From positions 462,823 through 526,822 of the forward strand of contig CP066690.1 in assembly GCA_016432465.1 (NCBI GenBank): DNA of 64,000 nt. Reading direction: 5' to 3'. The notes below the pieces were generated by a model. It was given only the letters and a program-made list of their open reading frames with translations, had not been told where the DNA came from and did no database searches. Of the stretch, positions 30,580 through 39,466 are shown piece by piece; position 1 is the stretch's first letter, and each line of letters begins with the position of its first letter. Source of the stretch: Candidatus Sungiibacteriota bacterium. Lineage in GTDB: Bacteria; Patescibacteriota; Minisyncoccia; Sungbacterales; HO2-52-23. The translations under genes were made by a program, and so were the position numbers.

Positions 30580-31599
30580 CTAACTAATTAGTGGTTTTTG
30601 TCTATTGACCTTGAATCCCAGGTGTTGGTAGGCGCGTTCTGTGGCAAGCCGTCCCCTGGGGGTGCGCTCAAGAAAACCAAGCTGCATAAGATACGGTTCG
30701 TAGACCTCCTCCAGTGTGTCTTCCTCTTCCGAAGAAGCGGCGGCTATGGCCTGCAGACCCACCGGCCCCCCGCCGAACTTGGATATTACCACCTCAAGAA
30801 TTTTGCGATCCATGGGCTCAAGGCCCAGTTCGTCCACCTGCAAAAGTTCCATGGTTTTGCTGGCGGCGCCTTGACTAACAACGCCAGATCCGTGTACTTC
30901 GGCATAGTCGCGTACTCTTTTGAGTAAACGGTTGGCAACACGGGGAGTAAAACGGGAGGAACGCGCAATTATTTTTACCGCAGCAGGTTCCGTGGCTATT
31001 CCGAGGATCCGCGCCGAGCGTTCTATAATTTTTTCTATATCTTCGTTAGTATAAAAGTCAAGACGAAACGAACTCCCAAAACGAGAACGAAGCGGCGAGG
31101 AGAGAAGACCTATGCGGGTGGTGGCGGCAATCATTGTAAAGGGCGGAAGTTCTATTTGAATAATTCTCGCCGAAGGCCCCTTGCCTATTATGATATCAAG
31201 ATTGCGTGTTTCCATGGCCGGATACAGTACTTCCTCAACCAGTTTATTTAGGCGGTGTACCTCGTCAATAAACAAAACGTCACCCGGCGTAAGGTTGGTC
31301 AAGATAGAAGCGAGGTCGCCCACCCGCTCAACGGCAGGACCCGAAGTTACGCGGATATTGGTGTTCATTTCCCGCGCAATAAGATGGGCCAGACTTGTTT
31401 TTCCGAGGCCGGCCGGGCCGGATAGCAGCACGTGTTCTATTGGTTCCCCCCGCCTTTGGGCCGCATCAATGAGGATGCGCAGGTTTCTCTTGGTGTGTTC
31501 CTGCCCAATGTAATCGTTCCAGCGCTGCGGACGTAGGGCAAGGTCAAGCGAAACGTCCTCTTTTTCTTTGTGGGGGGCAGTGATGGGGCTGGTTGACAT
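30580..31599 (-). CDS. ruvB: Holliday junction helicase RuvB
   Basis: LRPQ...[37 protein letters not shown]. Confidence 0.97.
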   Translation of the reverse strand: MSTSPITAPHKEKEDVSLDLALRPQRWNDYIGQEHTKRNLRILIDAAQRRGEPIEHVLLSGPAGLGKTSLAHLIAREMNTNIRVTSGPAVERVGDLASILTNLTPGDVLFIDEVHRLNKLVEEVLYPAMETRNLDIIIGKGPSARIIQIELPPFTMIAATTRIGLLSSPLRSRFGSSFRLDFYTNEDIEKIIERSARILGIATEPAAVKIIARSSRFTPRVANRLLKRVRDYAEVHGSGVVSQGAASKTMELLQVDELGLEPMDRKILEVVISKFGGGPVGLQAIAAASSEEEDTLEEVYEPYLMQLGFLERTPRGRLATERAYQHLGFKVNRQKPLIS

Positions 31600-31632
31600 G
31601 ATGATTAATACTGGTATAATTATTAATGACGA

Positions 31633-31661
31633 TTGACAAAAAAGTAAACTGTTTTTATAGT
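31633..31661 (+). promoter_or_regulatory. Consensus sigma70 promoter of the 6S-like RNA
   Basis: TTGACA-N17-TATAGT. Confidence 0.8.
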
Positions 31662-31667
31662 GCGACT

Positions 31668-31850
31668 GGGGGGGCGTGGCCCCTTTTTGGTTGTTATTTT
31701 TGGCCGTGGGCAATTAAGGTTTACATCCTTAAATGGGGATTTTTACACCAGGGCCAGCCGGTGTTAGCTCGCTGGTGCCTGGGAGAAATCCTAGCCTCCG
31801 TGTTCCCAAACCGGAGTAATTGCCCACGGCCGAATATAGCAACCCCCAAT
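31668..31850 (+). ncRNA. Putative 6S RNA
   Basis: About 180 nt. 31689-31716 pairs with 31817-31844; central asymmetric bubble; apical stem GGATTTTT..CCAGGGCCAGC / GCTGGTGCCTGGGAGAAATCC; own promoter; no credible ORF. Confidence 0.65.
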
Positions 31851-33515
31851 CTAGTCCGTTCCCACAACCCGTTCCAGCTCCTCAAAATCCGTGATCCCAG
31901 CCAGTACCTTCAGGAGGCCGTCTTGGCGCATGGTTATTTGATCTTGGCGCTCGGCCTCTTTTTTTATTTCAAATTCTGAAGGCTCTCTTAAAATAAGTCT
32001 TTCCACAACATCATTAATTAAAATAATTTCAAAAACCCCAATCCGGCCTTTATAACCGATGCCGCTGCAGTCGTCGCATCCTTTGGGGGTGACCTTGAAG
32101 ATTTTCCAATCCTTGGGCAGAGGAGCTTTTTTGGGGTAACGGCCGAGCTCCGCTTCTATTTTCTTTTTTTCCGCAACCCCCACGCTTACGGGAGTGCGGC
32201 AGCGGACACAAAGTTTTCTTAAAAGTCTCTGGGCCATGGTTATGTTTATGGCCGGCGCGATGATGGCAGGTTTTACTCCGAGATCAAGCAGTCTTGGAAT
32301 TGTGCCGGCGGCCGAGTTGGTGTGCAGCGTGGAAAAAACCAGATGTCCGGTCAGGGCCGCATGCATGGCCGTCTCCGCCGTTTCAAAATCTCTAATCTCA
32401 CCCACCAGTATCACGTCCGGGTCCTGTCTTACTATAGCCCTGAGGCCGTTAGCAAAATCGTAGCCATTCTCGGGGCTCACCTGTGTTTGTTCTACACCAA
32501 CGAGGTGGTACTCTATGGGGTCTTCTATGGTAATAATTTTCACACTCGGCGAATGGATTTTTTTTAAAAAAGCGTAAAGAGTTGTTGTTTTTCCAGAACC
32601 AGTGGGACCTGTGGTTAGAATCATGCCGTTTGGTTTTTTAAGCTCATCCGCCACAATCTCAATAATCCAGGATTGCATACCAAGCTCTTCAAATGGTACC
32701 TGTAGTGCTTTGGGGTTTAGAATCCGAAGGACGGTGTTTTCTCCGTGGGGTCCGGGAAGAACAGAGGTTCTAATTTCAATATCCGTAGAGTTGGTTTTAA
32801 CCGTAAAACGGCCGTCTTGTGCCCTATCGTGCACGTTCAGCTTTAGTTCGGAAATAAGCTTGATTCTGGAAAGGAGCAGATTGTAAACTTTGGGCGGCAG
32901 ACTGGCTACGTCGTGGAGCAGGCCGTCCAGACGGAAACGAAGACGCACCTTTTCTTTTTGCGGCTCTACATGTACGTCCGAGGCCTCCAGTCCCAGCGCC
33001 CCGGCAAGAATTATTTCCAGTACCTCGGTGGTGCGCCCGGCAAGCCCTTTTTCAATACGCAGTCCAACCCCCCCCAGAGTAGTAAGTTCTTTTTGAAGCT
33101 CAATTATTTTTTGGGGTGCTAACTGAACCGTGCCGGATGCCGCTTCGTACTCCACGGGTACTTTTTTATAAATCTCCCAGGCGCGGAGCAGACTTGATTT
33201 TGAGGCCAGATAAAGATTAAAGGTAAAATGATCTTCTTCCAGGCGCCGTAGGGCGGCCCTTGTCTCTTCTTTCTCCGGATTACGTACGGCAACATCAAGC
33301 CGTTTACCTGCTACCTGAAAAACCACAAGTTCGGCTCTGCGCGCCGTTTCCTCCGGAACTATTTTGATGGCGTCGGTCTCCACAGGAAAAGTGCCGAGAT
33401 CAACATAGGGTATTTTGTACTTTTGCGATAAAATTTTAACACTACTCTCTTCTTCTTTGCGTCGAAGGAGCTCAAGTTTTCTTTTCGGTTTTTCTTCCTC
33501 AAAGCGGGCTGTCAT
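31851..33515 (-). CDS. pilB: PilB/GspE type IV pilus assembly ATPase
   Basis: ASDVHVEP, QDGRF, TGPTGSGKTTT, EDPIEY, RQDPDVILVGEIRD, TGHLVFSTLH, tetra-Cys motif. Confidence 0.9.
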   Translation of the reverse strand: MTARFEEEKPKRKLELLRRKEEESSVKILSQKYKIPYVDLGTFPVETDAIKIVPEETARRAELVVFQVAGKRLDVAVRNPEKEETRAALRRLEEDHFTFNLYLASKSSLLRAWEIYKKVPVEYEAASGTVQLAPQKIIELQKELTTLGGVGLRIEKGLAGRTTEVLEIILAGALGLEASDVHVEPQKEKVRLRFRLDGLLHDVASLPPKVYNLLLSRIKLISELKLNVHDRAQDGRFTVKTNSTDIEIRTSVLPGPHGENTVLRILNPKALQVPFEELGMQSWIIEIVADELKKPNGMILTTGPTGSGKTTTLYAFLKKIHSPSVKIITIEDPIEYHLVGVEQTQVSPENGYDFANGLRAIVRQDPDVILVGEIRDFETAETAMHAALTGHLVFSTLHTNSAAGTIPRLLDLGVKPAIIAPAINITMAQRLLRKLCVRCRTPVSVGVAEKKKIEAELGRYPKKAPLPKDWKIFKVTPKGCDDCSGIGYKGRIGVFEIILINDVVERLILREPSEFEIKKEAERQDQITMRQDGLLKVLAGITDFEELERVVGTD

Positions 33516-33533
33516 CTGTAATTTAATTGTAGG

Positions 33534-34643
33534 TTAGAGAATTTCTTTCAGCAACGAAGTGATATGCACCTCGGCTTCACGAAAGGAGGGGAAGACGCCA
33601 AAGATTTTTAGATACGGGCTTTGAAATTCGCCGCCTTCACGCGACCGTATTGCTTCCAGTACTCTCTGTTCACCGGCCACGGTTGCCTGAACCAGCCCGT
33701 CTTCCGGATTTTGCGAGAGCAATACGGTTGCGCTTTTTTGGGGAAAAGTTTTTTCTAGGTGTGCCAGCACCGAAGAAGTATCAGCCGGCGTGCGCCCGGT
33801 TTTTTCAAAATCCTCTTTTGTCACAAATGACCAGAGCACGTTTTCTTTCTCGCCGGTTTTGGTACGAACCGAAGCGCGGCCAAAAAGTTGAAGGAGACCC
33901 AGCGGTAGGTACGAGTTTACAAGCCCATATGCGGTTTGGTTTTCTCCACCCAGCCGCATAAGCTCCGATGCGGCGAGAAATGTATCGGCATTGGTTTGGG
34001 GCGAGGAAAAGCCGCCGCTTGCCGAAACAATACCAGCCAGAAGCAGGGTGGCGTGTTCTTTTTCCAACGCCGCTCCGGTCAGCAGAGACACCAACTCGTA
34101 GACAATCTCTGACAGCGAAGAGCGCTTGGCGTCAACCAAATTGATTTCACCAAAGTATTTATTATCGTCCGCGTTATCAATATTAATTATGGGGTGTTCG
34201 GTAAAAAATTCTGGAGGAAGTTCGGGTCGATCCCCCTCTACGTCCTTAAGTCCGAGGGTCAGGACCGAATCACAGAGAATATTTCCCGCGCGAAACGATA
34301 TCTGGTTTTTTTCTATAGGAAGGGAATTTGGAGAGAGTATGATTTCCACCCGATTATCGTGTTTTTCGTAGCGTAACTCCCCAAGAGAGATCTGGCTGGT
34401 ATCTAAAGAGACCACGAATTCCCTTAAGGGTTGGGGCGGAGTGCGGAGATACGGGAAAAGGTCGGCGTTGGGTATGGTCTCTGGTGTTAAACTTCCTGCA
34501 AAGCCTACTTTTTTATTGCGCTTGGCCAAAATAGAGGCCAGCACCTCGCTGGCAGCCAAACAGTCTAGGGTGGGGGATTCGGGCACAAGGAAAACTAAGT
34601 GCCCGCTTTTTTCTATTTGTTCAGTTGCTTTTTGTATGTCCAT
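33534..34643 (-). CDS. Degenerate DHH/NrnA-like phosphoesterase
   Basis: DHH-family layout (IINID..., EINLVD...SSLSE, ATLLLAGI), but DHH reads DNA and other metal ligands are altered. Confidence 0.7.
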   Translation of the reverse strand: MDIQKATEQIEKSGHLVFLVPESPTLDCLAASEVLASILAKRNKKVGFAGSLTPETIPNADLFPYLRTPPQPLREFVVSLDTSQISLGELRYEKHDNRVEIILSPNSLPIEKNQISFRAGNILCDSVLTLGLKDVEGDRPELPPEFFTEHPIINIDNADDNKYFGEINLVDAKRSSLSEIVYELVSLLTGAALEKEHATLLLAGIVSASGGFSSPQTNADTFLAASELMRLGGENQTAYGLVNSYLPLGLLQLFGRASVRTKTGEKENVLWSFVTKEDFEKTGRTPADTSSVLAHLEKTFPQKSATVLLSQNPEDGLVQATVAGEQRVLEAIRSREGGEFQSPYLKIFGVFPSFREAEVHITSLLKEIL

Positions 34644-34769
34644 GACCCTATTCGTAGCTCCGTACGAGAATAACGTCAAACACCAACTTGTGGAAAACTA
34701 AACGCTTGACTTTTTATTCTTTTTGGTGTATTATTATAGTATAAACTAGAACCTAAAAAGGAGGGTGAG

Positions 34770-35012
34770 ATGAAGCGAATCCGAACCCTGATCCTGCTTT
34801 TTGTGTTCGTCCTGCCGCTTCTGGCGGCATGTGCGACTTTCAGGGTGGTGTCGGAATCGGAAACCCCGCATCCCAGAGCGATTGCGGAGTGGTCGGTTCC
34901 CGGCGCCGCACTTTCGGTGGGTAGGGGCTTTGCCTCAACCCCCGGGGTGAGGGGCACCACCCAGGGGTTTGAGTTCAGCGGCGGGAAAGTCAGAGACGTT
35001 TACCGCCGCTAA
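34770..35012 (+). CDS. Orphan small putative lipoprotein (stand-alone cassette)
   Basis: TTGACT-N17-TATTAT promoter, AAGGAGG SD, lipobox LAAC, GC-rich terminator at about 35021-35060. Confidence 0.65.
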   Translation: MKRIRTLILLFVFVLPLLAACATFRVVSESETPHPRAIAEWSVPGAALSVGRGFASTPGVRGTTQGFEFSGGKVRDVYRR

Positions 35013-35089
35013 AGGACGTCGTGGCCCGGAGCGCAATGCGCGCTTCCGGGCCGCTTTTTTATTTGTTCAATATTAGTTACGCTGTAGAC

Positions 35090-35533
35090 ATGATTAGGGT
35101 GTCAAAAAGCCCTGCCCAAACTAAGAAAATTGCCCGTTTTGTTTTAGACAGAGTTAAAAAACAAGACATAGCAGGCCCAAGAGTTATGGCGCTTGAGGGC
35201 AATTTGGGCTCCGGAAAAACCACTTTTGTGCAGGGCCTGTCCTCCACGCTGGGCATAAAGGAGCGTATCTTAAGTCCCACTTTTGTTTTGATAAAAATTT
35301 ATCAGACCGCACACCGACGATTTAAACATTTAATCCATATTGACTGCTATCGTCTCCGCTCATCAAAAGATTTACTGCATCTTGGTTTTAAAGATTTACT
35401 TTGCGATCAGGACGCGATCATTGTTATTGAGTGGGCCGATAGAATTAAAAAATTAATTCCGCACGGCGCACTATGGATAAAATTTAAGCACGGGAAAAAT
35501 CCCGCGGAGAGGATTATTAAAATTAAAAAATGA
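35090..35533 (+). CDS. tsaE: tRNA t6A biosynthesis ATPase TsaE
   Basis: GNLGSGKTTF, SPTF, HIDCYRL, IEWA. Confidence 0.95.
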   Translation: MIRVSKSPAQTKKIARFVLDRVKKQDIAGPRVMALEGNLGSGKTTFVQGLSSTLGIKERILSPTFVLIKIYQTAHRRFKHLIHIDCYRLRSSKDLLHLGFKDLLCDQDAIIVIEWADRIKKLIPHGALWIKFKHGKNPAERIIKIKK

Positions 35534-38199
35534 AAAAATTAGTTTTAGTTGATGCCCACGCCGTGATCCATCGCGCCTATCACGCTCTGCCCCCGCTTAC
35601 CACGTCAAGCGGCGAGCCAACCAACGCCGTTTACGGATTTACCACTATTTTTTTGCGGATTTTGCGCGAACTAAAACCCGATTATATCGCGGCTGCTTTT
35701 GATTTGCCGGGACCCACCTTCCGGCACATTGCTTACGAGCGCTATAAGGCCCAGCGGCCGGAGACACCCGCGGAGCTTTCAAGTCAATTTGCAAAAGTAA
35801 GAGAGGTGCTGGAGGCCTTTGGCGTTCCCGTTTTTGAAAAAGAAGGATACGAGGCCGACGACGTTATAGGAACCATTGCCCGAAAATTTGAGAAAGACAG
35901 AAAAGTGGAAATTATTATAGTGACGGGCGATATGGACACCCTGCAGCTTGTTCGTACGCGAGTTAGGGTCTATGCGATGAAAAAAGGAATAACAGAGACC
36001 GTAACCTATGATGAAAAAGCAGTTGAGGAGCGCTATGGATTTAAACCCGAACAAGTAGTTGATTTTAAAGGCCTTAAGGGCGACCCCTCGGATAATATCC
36101 CCGGAGTAAAAGGAATCGGCGAGAAAACCGCCACCGAACTTATTAAAGAGTTCGGCTCCATAGACGGGGTTTATAAGGCGCTGAAGAAAGGAACAAAAAA
36201 AATTTCGCCAGCCATCGCAGAAAAACTGCGTCAAGGCAAGGAGGACGCCAGATTTTCGCTGGATCTCGCGACAATCAACACTAAAGTTCCCGTTAAATTC
36301 GGCTTGGAGGCAATGAAGTATCGTGAAAAAAAAGACGGAAAGGTTAGCGCCGTTTTCCAAAAATTGGGATTTTATAGTCTTCTCAAGCGCCTTAATGTTG
36401 AGGGCGCGCCAAAATCGGAGCAAGCCGCACTGCTTGTTGTTCCCGCCAGAACCCGCGCCATTGAGGAGTTGACGGGCGTAGCAGAGCTTGAACAAGTTTT
36501 TAAAAATGCGCCAAGAACCGGCTTGGTCCTTGAGAAGGAAGATCTTTTTCTAATCCCTGAAAAAGGAGGCAGGGTTTATAAGTTAGACCCGAAACTTTTA
36601 AAAGAAGACAAGGTTAAAAGATTTTTTGAGACGCAGCGCTTCTTTGTTCACAACGGCAAAGCGCTTATTCATTTTCTGCATAGATTCAACATAGAACCCG
36701 GTCCGGTTGAGTTTGATATAATGCTTGCCGCCTATTTAACGAGCCAATTTACGCGCGACTTCTCTTTTCTGGCCGTTGCCAGCCGCGAGCTGGGGCGGCT
36801 TGTTTCGCAAAATCCGCGGGACGAAATTTCTCACTTTTTTGAGATTGTTGAGTCGCTCAAATCAAAACTAAGCGAGGGAAAAATCAAAAAAGTTTTTGAG
36901 GAGATTGAGCTTCCGGCAGTGAGAGTTTTGGCGGATATGGAGGAGCGGGGGATACTTATTGATGCCGCTTTTTTAAAAAGGCTTGCCCAAGAAGTTGATA
37001 AAAAACTTGAGGACCTCACCGCGCTAATCTATAAACTTGCCGGTGGAAATTTTAATATAAATTCCTCCCAGCAGCTCTCCCGTATTCTTTTTGAAAAATT
37101 AAACATTAAAACCCACGGACTACGCAAAACCGAGAAAGGCGGAGTGATTTCCACCGGCGCCTCGGAGCTTGAAAAACTAAAAGGCGAACACCCGATTATT
37201 GTAAAAATTCTTGGCTATAGGGAGCTTATAAAACTGAAAACTACATATATAGATACACTGCCGCGGCTTGTAAACCCCAAAACCGGACGATTGCACACAA
37301 CCTATAATCAAACAGGAACTGCCACTGGACGTCTTTCTTCCTCCGACCCCAATCTCCAAAATATTCCTATTATGACAGAGCTGGGACGCGAAATTAGAAA
37401 AGCATTTGTTGCTCAAGACGAGTACGAGCTAGTCTCTTTTGACTACTCCCAAATTGAGCTTCGCGTGGCCGCGCATATTGCCAACGATAAAAAAATGATT
37501 GAGGCTTTTAAAAAAGGCATGGACATACATAAACTTACCGCCTCCGAGATTTATAATATTCCTTTGGAAAAAGTAACGCCGGATTTACGGCGCGCAGCCA
37601 AAACTCTTAATTTCGGGGTTCTTTATGGCATGGGGTCTCAAGCTTTTGCCGAGTCAATGGCTAGGTCCCCCGAAGGGGGCCGCCACCCCGGCCCAGCGGG
37701 CCTAGGGGCGGGGATGTCGCGCGAAGATGCCAAAAAATTTATTGATGAATATTTTCACGATTTTTCAGGGGTCAAAAAATATATTGAAGACACAAAAAGA
37801 TTTGTTGAAGAAAATGGATATGTGGAAACTATCTTTGGCCGCCGCCGCTATATTCCCGAGATTCACTCGCCCAACTGGCAATTGAGGCGCGAAGCGGAAC
37901 GCATGGCCATCAACATGCCCATACAGGGGTCCAGCACCGGCGATATTATCAAACTCGCGATGATTAAGGTTGATGAGTGGATTCGGAAAGCCGCCCCAGA
38001 GGGGCGGGAAAAACTAGAAAATGGTGTCCGTATGCTTTTGCAGGTTCATGACGAGCTTTTATTTGAAATCAAAAAAAGGCTTGTTCAAAAGGTCACGCCC
38101 CAAATAAGAAAAATTATGGAGGGTGCCGTTGAGTTAAAGGTGCCGCTCGTGGTGGATGCAAAAACGGGCAGGAATTGGGGCGAGCAGAAGAGTCTGTAA
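35530..38199 (+). CDS. polA: DNA polymerase I (with two in-frame palindromic insertions)
   Basis: 5'-exo EADDVI, GDPSDNIPG; polymerase TGRLSS, DYSQIELR, RRAAKTLNFG, QVHDEL. Confidence 0.98.
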   Translation: MKKLVLVDAHAVIHRAYHALPPLTTSSGEPTNAVYGFTTIFLRILRELKPDYIAAAFDLPGPTFRHIAYERYKAQRPETPAELSSQFAKVREVLEAFGVPVFEKEGYEADDVIGTIARKFEKDRKVEIIIVTGDMDTLQLVRTRVRVYAMKKGITETVTYDEKAVEERYGFKPEQVVDFKGLKGDPSDNIPGVKGIGEKTATELIKEFGSIDGVYKALKKGTKKISPAIAEKLRQGKEDARFSLDLATINTKVPVKFGLEAMKYREKKDGKVSAVFQKLGFYSLLKRLNVEGAPKSEQAALLVVPARTRAIEELTGVAELEQVFKNAPRTGLVLEKEDLFLIPEKGGRVYKLDPKLLKEDKVKRFFETQRFFVHNGKALIHFLHRFNIEPGPVEFDIMLAAYLTSQFTRDFSFLAVASRELGRLVSQNPRDEISHFFEIVESLKSKLSEGKIKKVFEEIELPAVRVLADMEERGILIDAAFLKRLAQEVDKKLEDLTALIYKLAGGNFNINSSQQLSRILFEKLNIKTHGLRKTEKGGVISTGASELEKLKGEHPIIVKILGYRELIKLKTTYIDTLPRLVNPKTGRLHTTYNQTGTATGRLSSSDPNLQNIPIMTELGREIRKAFVAQDEYELVSFDYSQIELRVAAHIANDKKMIEAFKKGMDIHKLTASEIYNIPLEKVTPDLRRAAKTLNFGVLYGMGSQAFAESMARSPEGGRHPGPAGLGAGMSREDAKKFIDEYFHDFSGVKKYIEDTKRFVEENGYVETIFGRRRYIPEIHSPNWQLRREAERMAINMPIQGSSTGDIIKLAMIKVDEWIRKAAPEGREKLENGVRMLLQVHDELLFEIKKRLVQKVTPQIRKIMEGAVELKVPLVVDAKTGRNWGEQKSL
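37658..37708. repeat. 51-bp TA-bulge double-hairpin element in frame in polA
   Basis: TGGC-TA-GG...CCGCCA plus CCCCGGCC...GGCC-TA-GGGG; removal gives AFAESTGMSRE. Confidence 0.85.
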
Positions 38200-38249
38200 C
38201 ACGTCCGCGCGGCAAGTTAAGTAGCGGATGAAATATAAAAAATGCCATG

Positions 38250-38453
38250 GAAAATAAGAAGGCCCGCTTCAGGCTAGAAACCTTGGCGGGCACGAAGAAC
38301 AGAACGAATGATTGCGGTTTCTGTAGCGATCCGCAGATCGAATCGCTACAGGAGGGGTTGCCCCTCGAAAGAACAGTCACCTCTCGCTCGGTGGCCACAA
38401 TCCTACGGATTTAGGCCACGAGGTCATTGAGATGGGTGGCGCACCACCATCGT
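38250..38453 (-). ncRNA. Candidate ~200-nt structured small RNA
   Basis: TTGACA-N16-TATACT promoter (38460-38487), successive hairpins, GCCCGC/GCGGGC terminator, no SD-led ORF. Confidence 0.5.
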
Positions 38454-38489
38454 AATTACAGTATAGCATATCTACAGAATCTGTCAAGC

Positions 38490-38528
38490 CCCTGCGGTTC
38501 GGGGAAGAAATACAAAAGATGTCATGGG
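38490..38528 (+). pseudogene. Orphan SEC-C (SecA C-terminal) coding fragment
   Basis: Reads PCGSGKKYKRCHG, lacks the first Cys, and no upstream secA body is present. Confidence 0.7.
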
Positions 38529-38583
38529 TCATGGGGCGTAGGGATAAAAAAAGAGCCGTATAAACGGCTTAAGATGGGGAAGG

Positions 38584-38778
38584 TTACTTCCAGTACCACC
38601 AGAGACGAAACCCAGCGTTGAGACCAATCAACATGAAAATGTTGTAAATAAGCGGTTGTACGCCCAAGCTATTAAGCATTTTCGATTGCGGTAACGATCC
38701 AGAGCCAAGATCAACCAGAACGCTTAGCAAGATGAAGAGACAGGATAGAAAGACAACCCAAGCTGAGAATTTCTTCAT
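38584..38778 (-). CDS. Orphan two-TM small protein (cassette)
   Basis: TTGACA-N18-TATCAT promoter, GGGGG SD, AGCCGT/ACGGCT terminator. Confidence 0.65.
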   Translation of the reverse strand: MKKFSAWVVFLSCLFILLSVLVDLGSGSLPQSKMLNSLGVQPLIYNIFMLIGLNAGFRLWWYWK

Positions 38779-38996
38779 TGGCTTACCCCCAGGTTAAGGG
38801 ACTAGAACTATGAGTATGATATAATAAGGAACGGGTTTCTGTCAACTCTGTATCAAGAAAAATCCGCATGACATTTTCTGTTGTGGGATGAGTAACAGGG
38901 GTGTCATGGGATGCAGAGGACGAATTTTGGCAAAGAAAAAAAGCGGTTTAGAGTGACGCTCAGCACCTTGATTCAGCGACGCCTTCTGGTTGTGGA

Positions 38997-39116
38997 TTAC
39001 AGAACGATGAACATCATTCCTACCGCCACATTCATCATTCCGATAGGAGTGTTTCCCGCCAGCACCCAGATAAGGCCACTGACGCAGAAGAATAGCCCTG
39101 CAATCGCGGAACCCAT
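38997..39116 (-). CDS. Orphan 39-aa hydrophobic peptide (cassette; absent from ORF track)
   Basis: TTGACA-N18-TATAAT promoter (39155-39184), AAAGGAGGTG SD, MGSAIAGLFFCVSGLIWVLAGNTPIGMMNVAVGMMFIVL*. Confidence 0.7.
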   Translation of the reverse strand: MGSAIAGLFFCVSGLIWVLAGNTPIGMMNVAVGMMFIVL

Positions 39117-39247
39117 CACAGCACCTCCTTTGATTGGAATACGGATCTAGTTGCATTATAGCATTAAACTGAACACTTTGTCAATGGAAAAAAAGCCGCA
39201 TGACATTTTCTATAATTCGGCAGTATCACAGCTGGGAAAACGGCTTA

Positions 39248-39385
39248 TCCGCCGGAGGCGGACCCGCCTCTGGCGGGAAATAAAGCCTCCTTCGCATCCT
39301 CCTTCGTCATAGACTTCGGATGGACGTAGTAAAGCTACAGAGGGCCGAGGGAAAATCCCCGCCTACGCCAAGGCTTCGGCGGGCA
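39248..39385. repeat. Cluster of REP-like palindromes
   Basis: TCCGCC-GGA-GGCGGA-CCCGCC-TCT-GGCGGG (39248-39277), nested CCTCCTTCG...CTTCGG units, and CCCGCCTACGCCAAGGCTTCGGCGGGCA. Confidence 0.75.
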
Positions 39386-39466
39386 GACCTGCGATTGGTT
39401 ATTGAAAAAGCAAAAGTGTCATGGGTATAGGGGATAAACACCAAAAATGTTTTATGAGGACAAATT

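Noticed and set aside
31668-31850. SRP RNA
   Set aside because: Lacks the conserved GGAA tetraloop with CAGG/AGCA internal loop.
31626-31979. 117-aa ORF over the ruvB-pilB spacer
   Set aside because: Starts inside the promoter, overlaps pilB antisense, and the region is better explained as structured RNA.
38427-38621. 64-aa SEC-C protein as a real gene
   Set aside because: TTG start without SD, crosses an opposite-strand promoter and terminator, and the motif lacks its first Cys; treated as a remnant.
38842-39156. 104-aa and 79-aa ORFs from the ORF track
   Set aside because: The SD and promoter point to a different frame (38997-39116).
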